From contig CM059425.1 in the NCBI GenBank assembly GCA_030390025.1, positions 162,690,001-162,754,000 on the forward strand: 64,000 nucleotides of DNA. Reading direction: 5' to 3'. A model generated the notes under the pieces. It worked only from the letters and a program-made list of their open reading frames with translations. It searched no databases and was not told the DNA's origin. Below, one piece after another: positions 26,141-39,880 of the stretch. Position 1 is the stretch's first letter, and every line of letters starts with the position of its first letter. The stretch is from Squalus acanthias. Lineage: Eukaryota. A program made the translations under genes and the position numbers.

Positions 26141-26812
26141 GGGCTAGAAATTGCGTAGCGCCCCATTTGGGGTGATAACTTTTGCGGGAGCGCAAAAGTA
26201 TCGCCGGGCGCTACACAATTAATTCCGACGGGAACATCCGCTTTAGCGCTCCAAGAGGGAAGTGGAGCACTAAATCAAGCACTACCACTTCTCTTAGAGC
26301 GTTAAAGGGAGCGAGAGGGGCAGTAGCGGCACAGCGCTGCACAATGTTCTGTGCAGCACTGCCAGCTTTACAGGCTCCTTCCTTCCCTTAAAGGGAAGGG
26401 CCAATGCTTTGGTCATTGAAGGCTAAGGCTGGGATGGTCGTCGACGGCACCTGCGATACGCGCATAGCAGCCCCAAGCACTCTGAGAGAGTGCAGGGCTG
26501 ATCAATTGCGGGCTGGAACAAAACAAAATACAGCACACTGGGGACATTATTAAATTTTGGCCTACCTGACCACCACTGCCTTTAATTAGTGCTCCCCAAG
26601 CAGCTGGTGATGCTGCAGGGGGCGGAAGCAAATTTTTCATCCGGGGCGATAACGATCTCCGGGGCGCAGGAGAGCGAGGCGGTAAGTTAACCCGCCATGG
26701 AAGTTCGCGGGCGTCGGTAATTTTGCCGTGCCCAGTCGGTAAGCCCTTAGTGCTCCATTATCGCCCCCCGGAGGCACTAACGGGAGGTGCAAAGGAGGCC
26801 AATTTCTCCCCC
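26141..26812. mobile_element. Harbinger-type MITE, CpG-rich, with internal hairpins
   Basis: TIRs gggctagaaattg / caatttctccccc; TSD CAA. Confidence 0.85.
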
Positions 26813-29704
26813 CAAGTGTTTGTTAAGACAGCAACACCATTAATTAGCCTACAGATTAGGTTGGGATTTTAGTTCAAGGGATCTCATGGTGGTGAGAGAG
26901 GAAAGAAAACTGGCAGAGGGAGGAGAGAGAGAAAGAGAGAACCGTGTACTTTTGAGCATTTGTCCAAGGGGTTTAATTGGATTAGATCATCTTGTACAAT
27001 AAAATCCATAATTGGCTCAAATCAAATTTAAAGGTCATTCACAACTTATAAAGTTCGGAAACGGACAGATTTATATGCTTTGACATTGATAGCTAAAGAC
27101 ATAGCTCTTGCTAGTTAAATTATCTTCGAGCCTTTATAGATAGAATATAATTTTCTGGGGCAAGCTGAAGTAAAACGATAATAAATGATACAATCAACAG
27201 GATGATTTAGGTATGACTGCAATGGAGAAGTAGCCCAATTGGACAGGATGTTCCTCAGCCCACACATTATATTGATAAAGATCTGGTCAAGTACTTTTAT
27301 GTTGGACAATAATATATTTGAAAATGAATAAATGCCCAATAAAACTAAGCCTCAAACCATCGTCTTCTGCAAATGCTCGGTTATTAAAACTATCAAAGGA
27401 GCTTATTGGCAATGTCAGACTATCATTTTTGTCACTGATAACATTCTAACAGTTCTTACCTGGGAAGGGGCAGTTTGGAATGGGAAGATCGTCTATTGGT
27501 ATGCTCTAAATAAACTAATTCCATCTCATGCTGGAAAAATCAGCAATTTTTGAGAAACTGCAGGTTTTAATTTCTTAAAAGTGACAAATCCAGTGTGGCT
27601 TACCAAATATTTGTGCCTGTGTAAATCTGCATATTGCAGAGTGGGAGCTATACATTATTTGAAAATTCTGTTTATAACTCACAAAGTACACCTGAAAAAA
27701 ACCATGCTGAAAGTTGCAGTGTTGACACCTGTTTCATTTGCTGACAGTATGCTACTGCCAACACAACCCACCTTTGTATGTACTACTCACTACTCACTTC
27801 AATTTTCTAAGCACTTTCTTTGCCACACTTTCTCCTCTCCTCTTTTCTCCTCTCGTGAAGGTGTTGATTCTTTGCTGGGATTCAGTTCCACAAGAACTGG
27901 TCAATATCTGGTACTTAACCCAAGTGGCCACTATTCATGTATTCACTTTTACAGTGCATGTCATCAGGCCATTTGCCTGCAGGGTGCACCACAGCCAAGC
28001 CTAATCCAATGTCTAGACACAGATACTTCGAACGGGACACTAAATGGTGAATCCCTGCCAATTTTTGCTTCCAGAGAACCGAGGCAGCACTGCCAAGACT
28101 ATGATCAACTATCTCGGTGCAGGCTGGGGATTGAACCTATGGCTCAACTGTTCATGGGATAAACTTGCTGAATAACCAAGTGAGCACCAAGTATTCTTAA
28201 CATGCAAGGGGGCCGATTGGGAAGGTGGGCCACCAGGAAGGGGGGTGATCGGAAGGGTAGCGGCAATCGGGTCAGGAGGGTAGCAGTGGTCGGGAGGGAG
28301 GGTAGGCTAATAGGGAGGCACTTCTGGCTCGTAATGAGCGTGCGCTTCCTGTCCACCATATTGAAGGCTTAAGAGGCTGTTTAACAACCAAAAAATGGGT
28401 GCCACACGGCCAAATTCTTGGTCCTTGTATTTTCTGTGTGTTTTAATTCTCTTGTATGATGCTAGAAAAAATCCATGAGAAAAAAGGAACATTTGTCTCT
28501 GTAACATATTGGTTTCTTTCAGTACAATACGGGGTGAATCATCAGGTTCACTCACAGAAAATGGCCCAACTTGCTTTGGTACACAAAGCTCCAATATATA
28601 GATATAATGGTCAGGGCTTTCCGTTTTTACGCTTGCCAGCCTGTGATTTTCCCCCCATTCATTTCAATGGACAAGAAACTTGAGATCTGGCAAACACACA
28701 GCTGAAAAACCCTGGCCAATATCTGGTCAGGTATCCAAGGGAAGGGCTTGAATTTCAATTCAAATGCAAGTATCTTGTGGCTTTTGTTTATATATGTGTT
28801 TGGTTGGCAGCTCTTTTTGAGTTTAAGACACAAATATTTAAATTTCCATTCCCAGTGAAATTTTGAAAAGTATTTCTCAGCCTGTCTTATTCAAATTTAG
28901 TCATCCATCAGAGAGAGATAGATAGGCCAGAGAGACTCTGTTGATCAGCAATAAATCGCCGTGTAAAGGATAACATTCATAAACCAATCCAATCCAGTTC
29001 AGCACAGCAGAGATGTTATTTTCTGTCATATGAGGATAGATAGTTCAGCTGTAACTACTGTTAATTTATACTTTTCTCATTGCTTCTGTTTACTTATCCA
29101 TTTACTGTTTTAAAACAACGTATTTGGCAATTTATAGCCTATGCCATTATTTAATAATATTAATTCTACTGCATTCCTCAGACCACGTGAGGGCACGTAA
29201 TATAATCAGTAGCCAAAAAACAGTAACAAGGGTTTTCTGTTCCTGGGCTCATTAATAATTACCTAGATATTGGGCAGGTAAAGGCATACTCCAGACCATA
29301 CGTTTACAAGGGCTCGCTTATGGGAATGGTCTAACATGTTGAGCCTGAGAAAAATATCTAGGGCTTGAATTTTCTGTGAGGTGTAATCAGGAAGTTACAC
29401 CCAAAATGACACCCATTCGTGCGCCCATTTTGCCGATGTCTATTTACACCTACATTTCTTACCAATCTCATTAACTTAAAAATGGGCATAAACAATCGGG
29501 GCCTGAGGAAACTGCTGATCTCACACTATATATTCCTTCTTAAAGTATGAAAATTAATGTTTGAAGCATAAGAAGTAGAAGCTTTGCCGTTTTTAATGTG
29601 ACTTATACTGGTGCCATAAAAATGCGTTCAAAGAAACAGTAAATACATTCTCAGCGATGCTAAATTTTTTTAAAGCGCTCAAAAAAATCACAATAAAACA
29701 CCAA

Positions 29705-30910
29705 GGGCTAGAAATTCATTATAGCCCAGGAATGGGCAGTATCTTTAGGAAAGTTTGAGAATTAGCGCCAGGCGTTAATGCTTTAGACTGCACGCAAAAT
29801 TCATTCTCACTGCTCAAAGAAATGATTGGGGCGCTAAATCAAGTCTTAAAGGCTTAGCTCAGTGGCGTTACACTCAAAAGGTGGACCAATATCGGGTGCA
29901 GTCTAATCGCAACTCACCATTGCCATAGGCTTTTCTCAGTACTTAAAGGGGAGGTTCATTGACACTGCAGCACCTTATTCTCAGCATTGTTGGCTGTGCA
30001 GCTGCCACAGCAAGGAGAAGCACAACAAGAAGGAGCCAGAGGACTGAAGCAGGTGTGTTCATGGCAGATCCACCTCAATCGGGTGGTCAGGGTGATTGAA
30101 TGCTTCAACTAATGCTACATACCACAATCTGTACCACAAGCTTCACACACTGCCCAAAGCACCACTCCCCCAGCGCTCACCCACCAACAATCTCTACCTA
30201 CCAACACTCACACCCACATCTCATGCCTTGCACGCAATGACAGCTATTCAACTATGGGAGGCGCAAAGGTCATTAGGTGTTGGAATGATTGTGATATGTC
30301 TGATATGTTTATGCATAAATTTATTCATGGAGTTTGCAATATTTTGTGGTCTCTCTCATTTCACCTTTGCACCCAGGAGGATGCTGTGATATGGCATGAC
30401 ACAGGGATGGTATGATGGGCATGTGGTGAGCAAAAGGGATCTGGGGTTTAAGTCATCCTGGTGTGAGGCTGGAGGTCTGTTTGGAGGAGGTGGCAGAGTT
30501 CTGTGACCACCACCTTGGTGATGCGGAGCCATCTAATACACTGCTCCTCGCTTAATTGAAGGTAGGAGAGGTGCTGTCGGAATACCCTCGGAGGGTAAGG
30601 CCTCCAGGTGAGAGCCCTGATGTCCCTCCTCATCCCCTTGCGCAAATGTTCCCGTATTTCTGGCTGCCTATGCTCCCTCTGCCGTAGATTTTGCAATTTT
30701 GCAGATCGGGCGCCCGATGGCACGCTCACTGACGTCACGATCTGCCTGGCGTTGAAGTCCCCGGCGGTACCTCGTACCGGCAGTGTAACAGGAGGACCGG
30801 ATTTGTCGTGCGGCGCTGGATTCGCCTCACCCCGTGCTACTGCATCAGCGCCCTGTTGGCGCCAGCTCCTAGCACTAACAGGAGGTGCTAACCAACTGAA
30901 TTTTTCCCCC
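29705..30910 (-). mobile_element. Internally deleted Harbinger element with a transposase N-terminal remnant
   Basis: TIRs gggctagaaattca / tgaatttttccccc; TSD CAA; minus ORF RPYPPRVFRQHLSYLQLSEEQCIRWLRITK..ELCHLLQTDLQP. Confidence 0.88.
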
Positions 30911-31969
30911 CAAATGACTCGCTACACCTAAAATTATCGGCTTCATTTACACCCATTTTGAACCAGTGTAATTGCAAGAAATTCGCATGTATGACTCTTT
31001 AGCCGGGAGGGAGGGGAGGGATGGAGCCATTTTAATGAGCTGAGATGCATTTGGGCACAGGGATCAATAAACAGGTATAAAAAAGTGAGGAAATTCACGT
31101 GTAGTGTAATTACGTGCGTAACACACTTGCACTCGAGATTCCTTGATCTTTTACGTCGGGTATTTGCTTTACACCCTGATTTACATGTGTTTCTAGGGAT
31201 AAATACACAGGGAATTCCACCCCCTAGACTAGAGTAAAAGCCCAAAAATGGAGCACAGATTTTGTGGGAAAAGTCCCTGTTCATGCATGCTGCCTGTGTA
31301 AAACTGTTAAACAATTGGGAGCCTGATAAACATCATAGGATGAGAGGTGTTTGCGTACCAGTGTCTGGAGTAACAGTGATGATATCTGTGCTCCTCTTCC
31401 CGTAGGATAGAGCCGAGGTCTGGTATAGCCACTTGAAAAGGGGTTGGGAAACTGCCAACTTCAACCACTTTTATAAAACTTAATACTTCAAAAACATATT
31501 TAAAAATAGTATGAAAATGATGTACAGTCTTGTATGTATTCAATTTTCCTTCTCTTTGTCACTTCAAATCATTAAAACTATAAGGAGAAAGTAGATGAAG
31601 CATTTAATGAAATCTCTCCAAAGATGACACTTTAAAGGTGAACAAAAGTAAACAGATCAGATGGATTGAGAGTGAGTTTGATGTACAGTATTATGAAATA
31701 ATAAATCATTTGCAGTGTAATAATTATGATAGCCACCAGGTGGAGCTCACATCCCAAAGATACTCCCATTCACATTCCACTGTGGCCTTTTGTTTTTGCA
31801 GCTATTTTACTCACTTTTTACTTTTCTAATGCCTTTCATCAACTGACTGAGATGATTTTTGTATTTTTTTCCAGCATTTTCACCTATTTCCAGATTTGGA
31901 AAAAATTGTTCACAGGCTATAAATGCTGTTTCTTTGTAAAAAAAAAGGTAGCAAATCTGAACACTTAAG

Positions 31970-32425
31970 AAAAAAAAATCTTACATTTATATAGTGCTTT
32001 ATTGCATTCTCAAGATGTTCCAAAGCATTATACAGGCAATAGATTATTTTTGAAGTGCAGTCATTGTTGTTATGTAGGTAAGTATAGCCGCAAATTTACA
32101 CACAGCAAAGTTTTATAAACAGTAAATGAATGAATGGCCAGATACACTTTTTGTTTGTTGAGGGAAGAATGCTGTCCACGACACAGGCAAGTCTCATTGC
32201 TCTTCTTCAAATAGTGCATTAGGATCTTTTGCATCCACCTGAGCAGGCAGATGGGTCCTTGGCTGAACGTCTCATCCGAAGAATAGCACCTCTGACAATG
32301 CAGCACTCACTCAGTATTGCTCTGAACTGCCAGCCTAGGTTATTTGTTCAAGTGCTGGAGTGGGGCTTGAATCCATAACTTTCTGACTCAGAGGCAGGAG
32401 TGCTACCAACTGAACTAAACTGACA
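31970..32425 (-). mobile_element. tRNA-derived Deu-domain SINE (SacSINE1/AmnSINE1-like)
   Basis: Reverse complement of 38610-38910 and 40750-41140, including the B-box gattcaagcc. Confidence 0.75.
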
Positions 32426-33092
32426 GTCAAGGACTCATTTTCTGAGGCTTGTCTGCTGCCTGTGCTTATTGGGAAATCGCTGACTGCATGTCTGTGATTT
32501 CCTGACATGTGCAACTGGTGGGTGAGGCTCTTAGCTGATAGTGAAAATTACCCCATTGTCTATACCTGTTGTTCTCCTCTCCCCCTATGTTTTGGTCAGC
32601 CCCATAAGTTGGGGGGGGGGGGGCGGCGGGGGTTCCCTATATCAGTCCTGATGGGTATCCACCCAAATCATTTTTTTTCTCTTTTCAGATACTAATGTGT
32701 ATTTCCAGCCTTTTCTGGTTTTATTCCAGATTCCAGTATTTTCAGTTTTCCTTTCTATCTACTTTGAAATGTCCTGCCGAAACACTGAATTCTCCTACGC
32801 AATACAACTAGCACAGAATATTTACACACTGTGTGGCTGTATGGCCTGCTGAGGTCTGCCTTGGTGTGCCAGCTAGCTAATTCAAGGTTTTTCACTCAAT
32901 AGGCAATAATTTGTACAATTTTTTGGACTGATGTAAAAATACATAAGGTTTCAAGATCACACAGATCCATCCTCGATTTATGTTGGCTATGTTTGTTTGA
33001 GATACAGGAGAAGTAAAGTGGGAAAAGGTGTAATCTTACAATTCATCTGGGTTCATGGCATACATAACATTAGAAAGTGAATGAGATTCTGT

Positions 33093-33350
33093 GGGGATGA
33101 AATTGTTTTTTGGCGATACCATAAAACTTTTAACGGAACAGAAAATAGGGTGTGGTGTAAAACTGGCTGCCGATTCGCTATTGTCCATTTTGCGTTGCCA
33201 CCATGTTGTCAAACTTCACCCGCCTGTCACTTTACCTTGCGCTCATCTACTGCTGACATTAGTGGAAAAGAAATTCGGGCGAGATGCAAAACAGGCTGCT
33301 GATTTGCTATTGCCTGTTTTGTGTTATCGCCCAAGACCAATTTCACCCCT
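33093..33350. mobile_element. Harbinger-type MITE 55 bp from an MCTP donor site
   Basis: TIRs ggggatgaaattg / caatttcacccct; internal repeated aaac.ggctgc.gatt.gctattg units. Confidence 0.75.
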
Positions 33351-33405
33351 TCGATGTTTTCTAACCTGTAACCACAGAGCACAGGCTGTTTAGAGTTTTA
33401 CCTAC

Positions 33406-33548
33406 CTTTATGTACAAAGGTTCTGCAACGTTTTCTATCAGAAGAGAAGTTTCTTCATTCCAGACTGGATTGAGGTTCTTATGAATTATTTTACTTCTGA
33501 AAACTTCTTTCCCTGCTATTTTGAACTTCACATATGGATCACTTGTTC
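33406..33548 (-). CDS. MCTP1: MCTP1-like coding exon (C2A domain): (G)[47 protein letters not shown]
   Basis: Manual translation; acceptor tttcag|GA, donor AAG|gtaggt; 143 nt; [16 protein letters not shown]2 motifs match the MCTP1 sequence as I recall it; not in the ORF track. Confidence 0.93.
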
Positions 33549-34854
33549 CTGAAATAGTGTTAAAGAAAATTCAGTGTAAAAATATTACTTTATTATTTGA
33601 AGATTAACAGCTGCAATCAATTCACTGTGAATATTATTTCAATATTGCTTTGAATAATCAATACATTTTATTAAAAGCTTGACTTTTAGTAGGATCTTTC
33701 ATTTTTCTTTGCCATGAAAGATACAATTTTGCTGATTTGGCAGAAAGAAGCACAGTTAAAGGGATCAAACTGTCATGGAATAAAGCCTTGTGTGATAACT
33801 CAGCATCTTTAGAAATATTACATGTATGACGATTTTTGCATACATTAATCATGTGTTACAATCATTGCAAATAATTTTTGAGACTTTTTGAGGAATATCT
33901 TTTTTGCGAGCAACTTGCAGTGGTCCCTGTAAGGACCACTGGTTAAGCCACTCAACACTTGGTACCAATGGGCAGAATGTGCGTGGCAAACGCTCCACCC
34001 ACTGGTACCTAAAAATTGCACTGGGGTCCCATATACGTCATAGCACTCTGGTTTGCATACTGTAATGCCAGAACAGGCGAGTGCTTGGGCTGCCCTTCTC
34101 AGGACCTTACACAAGATGGCAGCGGGTGGATTGGGAGAGTAAATTCAGCGGTGAGATCGGTTCTGCAAGTTTGAGGCTGCTCTGTTTACACTGGGTAGGG
34201 CAGATTAAAATTGCCTCACTGTAAGATTACATAGTATGAAGACATGAATGTTTGGGCTAATTGTCCCACTGGCTTTCTTTTCAGTAATGGGACACTGTTA
34301 TCAGAAATTTATTGTAAATCTTTAAAGTGTTCCAAGGCACAGTTAGTATGTTATACTAATATATCTGCCACTATTTGGTTCCTTGCATAACCAATGAATT
34401 CAAACCATTTCATGTCATCACATCATGTGATAGTGGGTTGTACTTCACACCACTCATAGAACCCACCCACAACTGCACACCCACAACATAGCAGAATAAT
34501 GCAAATGTTCAGAATATCATAACAAGAGAAATATCTTTGACAGTCTGTACTTAGTCGAAAGAGTAGAGACAACAAAGTCCTTTGATCAATTTTCAGTATA
34601 AAACACTCTATATAATTGTAATCTCAGGCCAGAGAAGGTTATTAATCCAATGCATACTGGATTAATAAAGTTATCTGGCCTGACATTACACTTTTTTATA
34701 AATTCCTCAATAACCACCTTAATGCATCCTGCCTGTACAGATCTAATTCGGATTAATATATAATTATCAATAAAAACAATTATTATTCAATTACGGTATG
34801 TTATAACTCAATTTAATTTCACCACAATGTGGTATATCACTCCTTAGAAATATT

Positions 34855-35557
34855 GGGCCATAATTTGTGACCTCCACGAGTGCGTACAAGGTGTGTACGT
34901 GCCCGTAGGGGCCGCACAAGTTCGGGGTTTAGGCATGCGAAGCGCATGCGTGGAAACCCAGACAGATCCTCCGCATTCCCGGGAAAAGGGCCTCTGCAAG
35001 CGGAGAGTTGCGCTATTTGCCCAACTTCTGCCCAGCGAATGCCCCTGAAATTCTTACGCCTGGTAAAAGCAGGCATAAGGACTGCTTTTACCAGCATAAG
35101 AGTTTAAAAAAATAGAAAAATAAAATGTTATCATTCATTTATACTTTAAAAACCCTATCCAACAAGGTAAGTTTATTTGTAGCCCTGTTAAAACATGCAC
35201 ATTTTAAAAAAAAATAATTTTTGTTTAAAATATTTAATTAAATGCCATTTTAATTCATTTTAAATATGTAATTTTTTTAAATTTCATGTGTTTGTGTATT
35301 TTTCAAGTGATTCCCATTCATATTTATGGGGATTCTGTTTGTACGGAACTCCCATAAGTATGAATGGGGAATCCCTTCTTTTTATTGGTTGGTCCGGCCC
35401 ATGTGATCCCAGGGGAGCTGGCAAACCGCCTGCGTCCCTGGGATACATGGGCCTCTATCCGCGGGTATCCAGAGAGGCCCAGGACCGCGAATCTCCATAC
35501 CTCCCGGACCACCAGGTAAATTTGTAGATTTTTTACAGGTCGGAGGCACACTTCGCC
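34855..35557. mobile_element. Harbinger-type MITE with hairpin arrays and AT-rich core
   Basis: Left TIR gggccataatttg; probable TSD ATT; architecture parallels 10379-11122; right end eroded. Confidence 0.7.
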
Positions 35558-36574
35558 ATTAACAGAGTATAACCAGATATAGGGTTGGCAGGTGAGTTTG
35601 GTAGTGTAGTGTTTATGGTACTGGATTACCAGTATAAAGATATAAAAACACTCCTTTAGAAGGGTCAAAGGACATCAAAGCGTTGAATGAGAAACCAAGG
35701 AAAAAGAATAAGAGTTGAGGTTCTAAAAAAAATGGAATCAGACTTGAGTGATATGCATGGAAGTGCACGAAGCATTTGATTTGGCATTTTGACAGCATGC
35801 TCCTTCAGGACTGTGGAGTTCAGGAATGTTCCTCCTGGCTCCACAAACATACCGCAGGCCACTTCGCCTGTCCCCTCCAGGATTCATCCGAGCCACCTGA
35901 TGTTACGCAGGCCCGAAGTTGGCAACTGCAGCGGGCGCCCACTCAGGGCATGCAGCTTGCGGGCGGCATGGAAATGAACAGGGCCACGAGACGGCTGGAG
36001 CCTCCTTCCAGCCAAAATCTACCCCATGGTATCTAAGATACTTCTTGCCAGTGTCTTACAAGAACTAATTTATAATTCCTTTTACGTAGACAGGTGTATA
36101 GTTCATCCTGCAGATATCGTCACAGACATTTTTAATGCTGCTCTTGATCTGTCTCCCAAGGGTTAGATTTGAGTGATGTGAGAAGGGAACTAATCCAGCT
36201 ATTCAGGCAGCTTGGCTAAGATCGGGATGGCAAGCCTGATTGCAAATGCCAGACAAAAGTGGGAATCTCCAGCTGGGATTTTAACACTTTGGCTTTTTAA
36301 TTAGCATACTATTCTCGCAAGTGATTTAACACATTCTAATAGCATTTGTATTAGTTCCAGCTATGGTTCATGGAAAATGTAAACCCTCAGAAATAAATCC
36401 GACTGGGATTGCCATAAAGTACGATAAAAATGTTCCCATTATACTAAACTCACAATGATATTATGAACATTTTTAGGATTCTGTTCCTTCAATACATAAT
36501 ATAAAAGATACTTGCTCAATATTTTCGCCCATATGTAACAAAAAAAAGCTTGAATTTATATAGCGCCTTATAAA

Positions 36575-36730
36575 GTAACTTTCAAAAGGGAATTGGATAT
36601 ATACCTGAAAAGGAAAAAAATTGCAGGCCTCTAGGGAAAGAGCGGGGGAGTGGGACTAATTGGATAGTTCTGTCAAAGAGCCGGCACAGGCACGATGGGC
36701 CGAGTGGCCTCCTTCTGTGCTGTATGATTC
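36575..36730 (+). mobile_element. CR1 3' UTR / CR1-tailed SINE fragment
   Basis: gatgggccgagtggcctccttctgtgctgtatgattc tail. Confidence 0.7.
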
Positions 36731-36968
36731 AACAAAGAGCAAATGAACAGTTAATCTTATGGCATTAGTGGAGGAGGCAATGTTAGCCAGGAATCCAGCA
36801 GAATAGTGCCACAGGGTCTTTAAAATCTACCTAAATCATCAGCATAGGAAGGTGGAGCCTCAGTTTAACTTCTCATTTAAAGAGATGGCACTTCAAGCAA
36901 TGCAGCACTCTTTAAATACTGCACTGAAGTGTTAGCCTAGATTATCTGTTAAGTTTTGAAGTGCTAAA

Positions 36969-37464
36969 TTGCCTGGATGAGTGCAGCTCCAACAACGCTC
37001 AAGATGTTCGACACCATCCAAGACAAAGCAACCCGCTTGATGGGCACCCCATCCACCACCTTAAACATTCACTCCCTCCACCACTGGTGTACTGTGGCTG
37101 CAGTGTGTACCATCTACAAGATGCACTGCAGCAACTCGCCAAGGCTTCTTCGACAGCACCTCCCAAACCCGCGACCTCTACCAGCTAGAAGGACAAGGGC
37201 AGCAGGCGCATGGGAACACCACCACCTCCAAGTTCCCCTCCAAGTCACACATTTGACTTGGAAATATATCGCTGTTCCTTCATTGTCACTGGGGCAAAAT
37301 CCTGGAACTCCGTCCCTAACAGCACTGTGGGAGCACCTTCACCACACGGACTGCAGTGGTTCAAGAAGGCGGCTCATCACCACCTTCTCAAGGGCAATTA
37401 GGGATGGGCAATAAATGCTGGCCTTGCCAGTGATGCCTACATCCCGTGAATGAATAAAAAAAAA
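36969..37464 (+). mobile_element. Zenon-like LINE 3' fragment inserted into a minus-strand Deu-SINE (about 36740-37525)
   Basis: Near-identical to 61230-61731; poly(A) tail. Confidence 0.9.
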
Positions 37465-38604
37465 CTTGAACCCACAACTTCCCATTTCCAAGGCAAGAGT
37501 ACTACCAACTGAACCGAGCTGATACTTACAAAGAAAGTCTGTATAAAAATCTAAAATTAGATATCAAAGTATCTGTAGCTATAATTTAACAGCTGATGGA
37601 AGGAAAGTTATTCATAAATCAATATATGACTAAGTGCAGCATTTTTATCTAATTTGCCTGAAGTTCTCTCGCAAGCAGTACCATTTCCTGGGAGATTATT
37701 TCCATCCTTGTTAATTTATTGAACCTTATGATTGCCATATGTGACTTTTTCATTTAAAAAAGGGTAAGAATACTCCATTGAGAAGTCCTCTAGAACGCTA
37801 AGTGCTTCAGCAGTAAATTTAATCTAATTTTGCTCAATGAAAAGCAACATTATTTGTTTATGATACATACAGATTCAATTTGGCCGAGCAATTATCCACC
37901 TGAGTGCTCACCATTGAAATACAAATTATGTTTGCATGGTTTGGCCCATTTCTTAATGATTCATTAGAATCTTTATTTAAAAAAATGGTACTTCTCCAGT
38001 ACGTCTATCAGTGCACTGCTGTTGAAGAAAGCCATGTAAGAATGACACATTCAACATATATGTGGTGCACTATTAGATGCCATTGCAGTATGCATTTAGA
38101 AATTTTGATATTTTAGTTTTATTCACCAATTTCTCTCATTTTCAAGTGTTGATTTTTAATAAAATGTTCCCTTGTCTCTGAAGGTGCTGATTCATGTTGG
38201 GCTACAGGTCCACAAATGTTGACTGCCCTCTGGCATATGGTAATAAGAAACACTTAATTTAATAAAAATTAAATGCAGGCGACAGGGGCAGCTTGACTGC
38301 CACTGTATCTGGACTGGCTAAAAAGAACAGCTAGCACTGTGTTACCCATGAGGAAAAATATAGGTCTTGAGCAGCAGCTCTGTATACTGCCAGTAAAACC
38401 ATTACTGGCCATCTTGGAGAAAACATTGGGCATGCAAAATTCCTGCCCCAGTATTAAAGCAATGCCATTTGGGGTGTTACATGGTACCTTGTTCCTTCTC
38501 CCAGAGGTTACCTGCCATCACTCATGTCAATTGTCTCATCCTGTAATGCATGCTAGCACATTGAAGTCTCTCATCATAGGTGCTTGCTCCAGTCCACCTA
38601 CTGC

Positions 38605-38910
38605 TCAGCACTGTGAGTTAGAAGGTCATAGGTTCAAGCCCCACTCCAGAGAGTCGAGCATTTAATACAGGCTGACACTTCAGGGCAGTACTGAAGGAGT
38701 GCTGTACTGTTACAGTTGCTGTCCTTCAGATGGGATGTTAAACCGAGGTCCCGGCTGCCCTCTCAAGTGGATGTAAAAGATCCCATTGCATTATTCGAAG
38801 AGAAAGGGAGTTTCTCTATTCCCCTGGCCAACATGTATCCCTCAACCAATATCACTAAAACAGGTCCTTAATTTCATTTTTTGTGGGACCTTGCTGAGCA
38901 CATATTGGCT
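38605..38910 (+). mobile_element. Deu-domain SINE 5' part; 3' part resumes at about 39880-39945
   Basis: B-box ggttcaagcc; gatgttaaaccgaggtccc..gtggatgtaaaagatccc Deu-like core. Confidence 0.75.
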
Positions 38911-39880
38911 TTTTTTTAAATTCGTTCATGGGAGGTGGGTGTCGCTGGCAAGGCCAGCATTTATTGCCCATCTCTAATTGCCCTTGAGAAGGTGGTGGTG
39001 AGCCGCCTTCTTGAACCGTTGCAGTCGGTGTGGTGAAGGTACTCCCACAGTGCTGTTAGGGAGGTAGTTCCAGGATTTTGACCCAGCGACAGTGAAGGAT
39101 CGGCGATATACTTCCAAGTCAGGATGGTGTGTAACTTGCAGGGGAACTTGTAGGTGATGATGTTCCCATGCGCCTGCTGCCCTTATCCTTCTAGGTGGTA
39201 GAGGTCGCGGGTTTGGGAGGTGCTGCCGAAGAAGCCTTGGCGAGTTGCTACAGTGCATCTTGTAGATAGTACACACTGCAGCCACGGTACGCCGGTGGTG
39301 GAGGGAGTGAATGTTTAAGGTGGTGGATGGGGTGCCAATCAAACGGGCTGCTTTGTCCTGGATGGTGTCAAGTTTCTTGAGTGTTGTTGGAGCTGCACTC
39401 ATCCAGGCAAGTGGAGAGTATTCCATCACACTCCTTAATTGTGCCTTGTAGATGGTGGAAAGGCTTTGGGGAGTCAGGAAGTGAGACACTCGCTGCAGAA
39501 TACCTAGCCTCTGACCTGCTCTTGTTGCCACAGTATTTATGTGGCTGGTCCAGTTAAGTTTCTGTTCAATGGTGACCCCCCAGGATGTTGATGGTGGGGG
39601 ATTTGGCTATTGTAATGCCATTGAATGTCAAGGGGTGGTGGTTAGACGCTCGCTTGTTGGAGATAGTCATTGCCTGGGACTTGTGTGGCACGGATGTTAC
39701 TTGCCACTTATCAGCCCAAGCCTGAATGTCGTCCAGGTCTTGCTGCATGTGGGCATGGACTGCTTCATTATCTGAGGAGTTGCGAATGGAACTGAACACT
39801 GCAATCATCAGCGAACATCCCCACTTCTGACCTTATGATGGAGGGAAAGTCATTGATGAAGCAGCTGAAGATGGTTGGGC
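38911..39880 (-). mobile_element. Zenon-like LINE 3' fragment
   Basis: ORFs 38974..39531 and 39566..39808; FINDFP..MFADD. Confidence 0.92.

Noticed and set aside
27581..28162. 193-aa ORF
   Set aside because: No recognisable domain or coding-like composition; probably a chance ORF in degenerate repeat.
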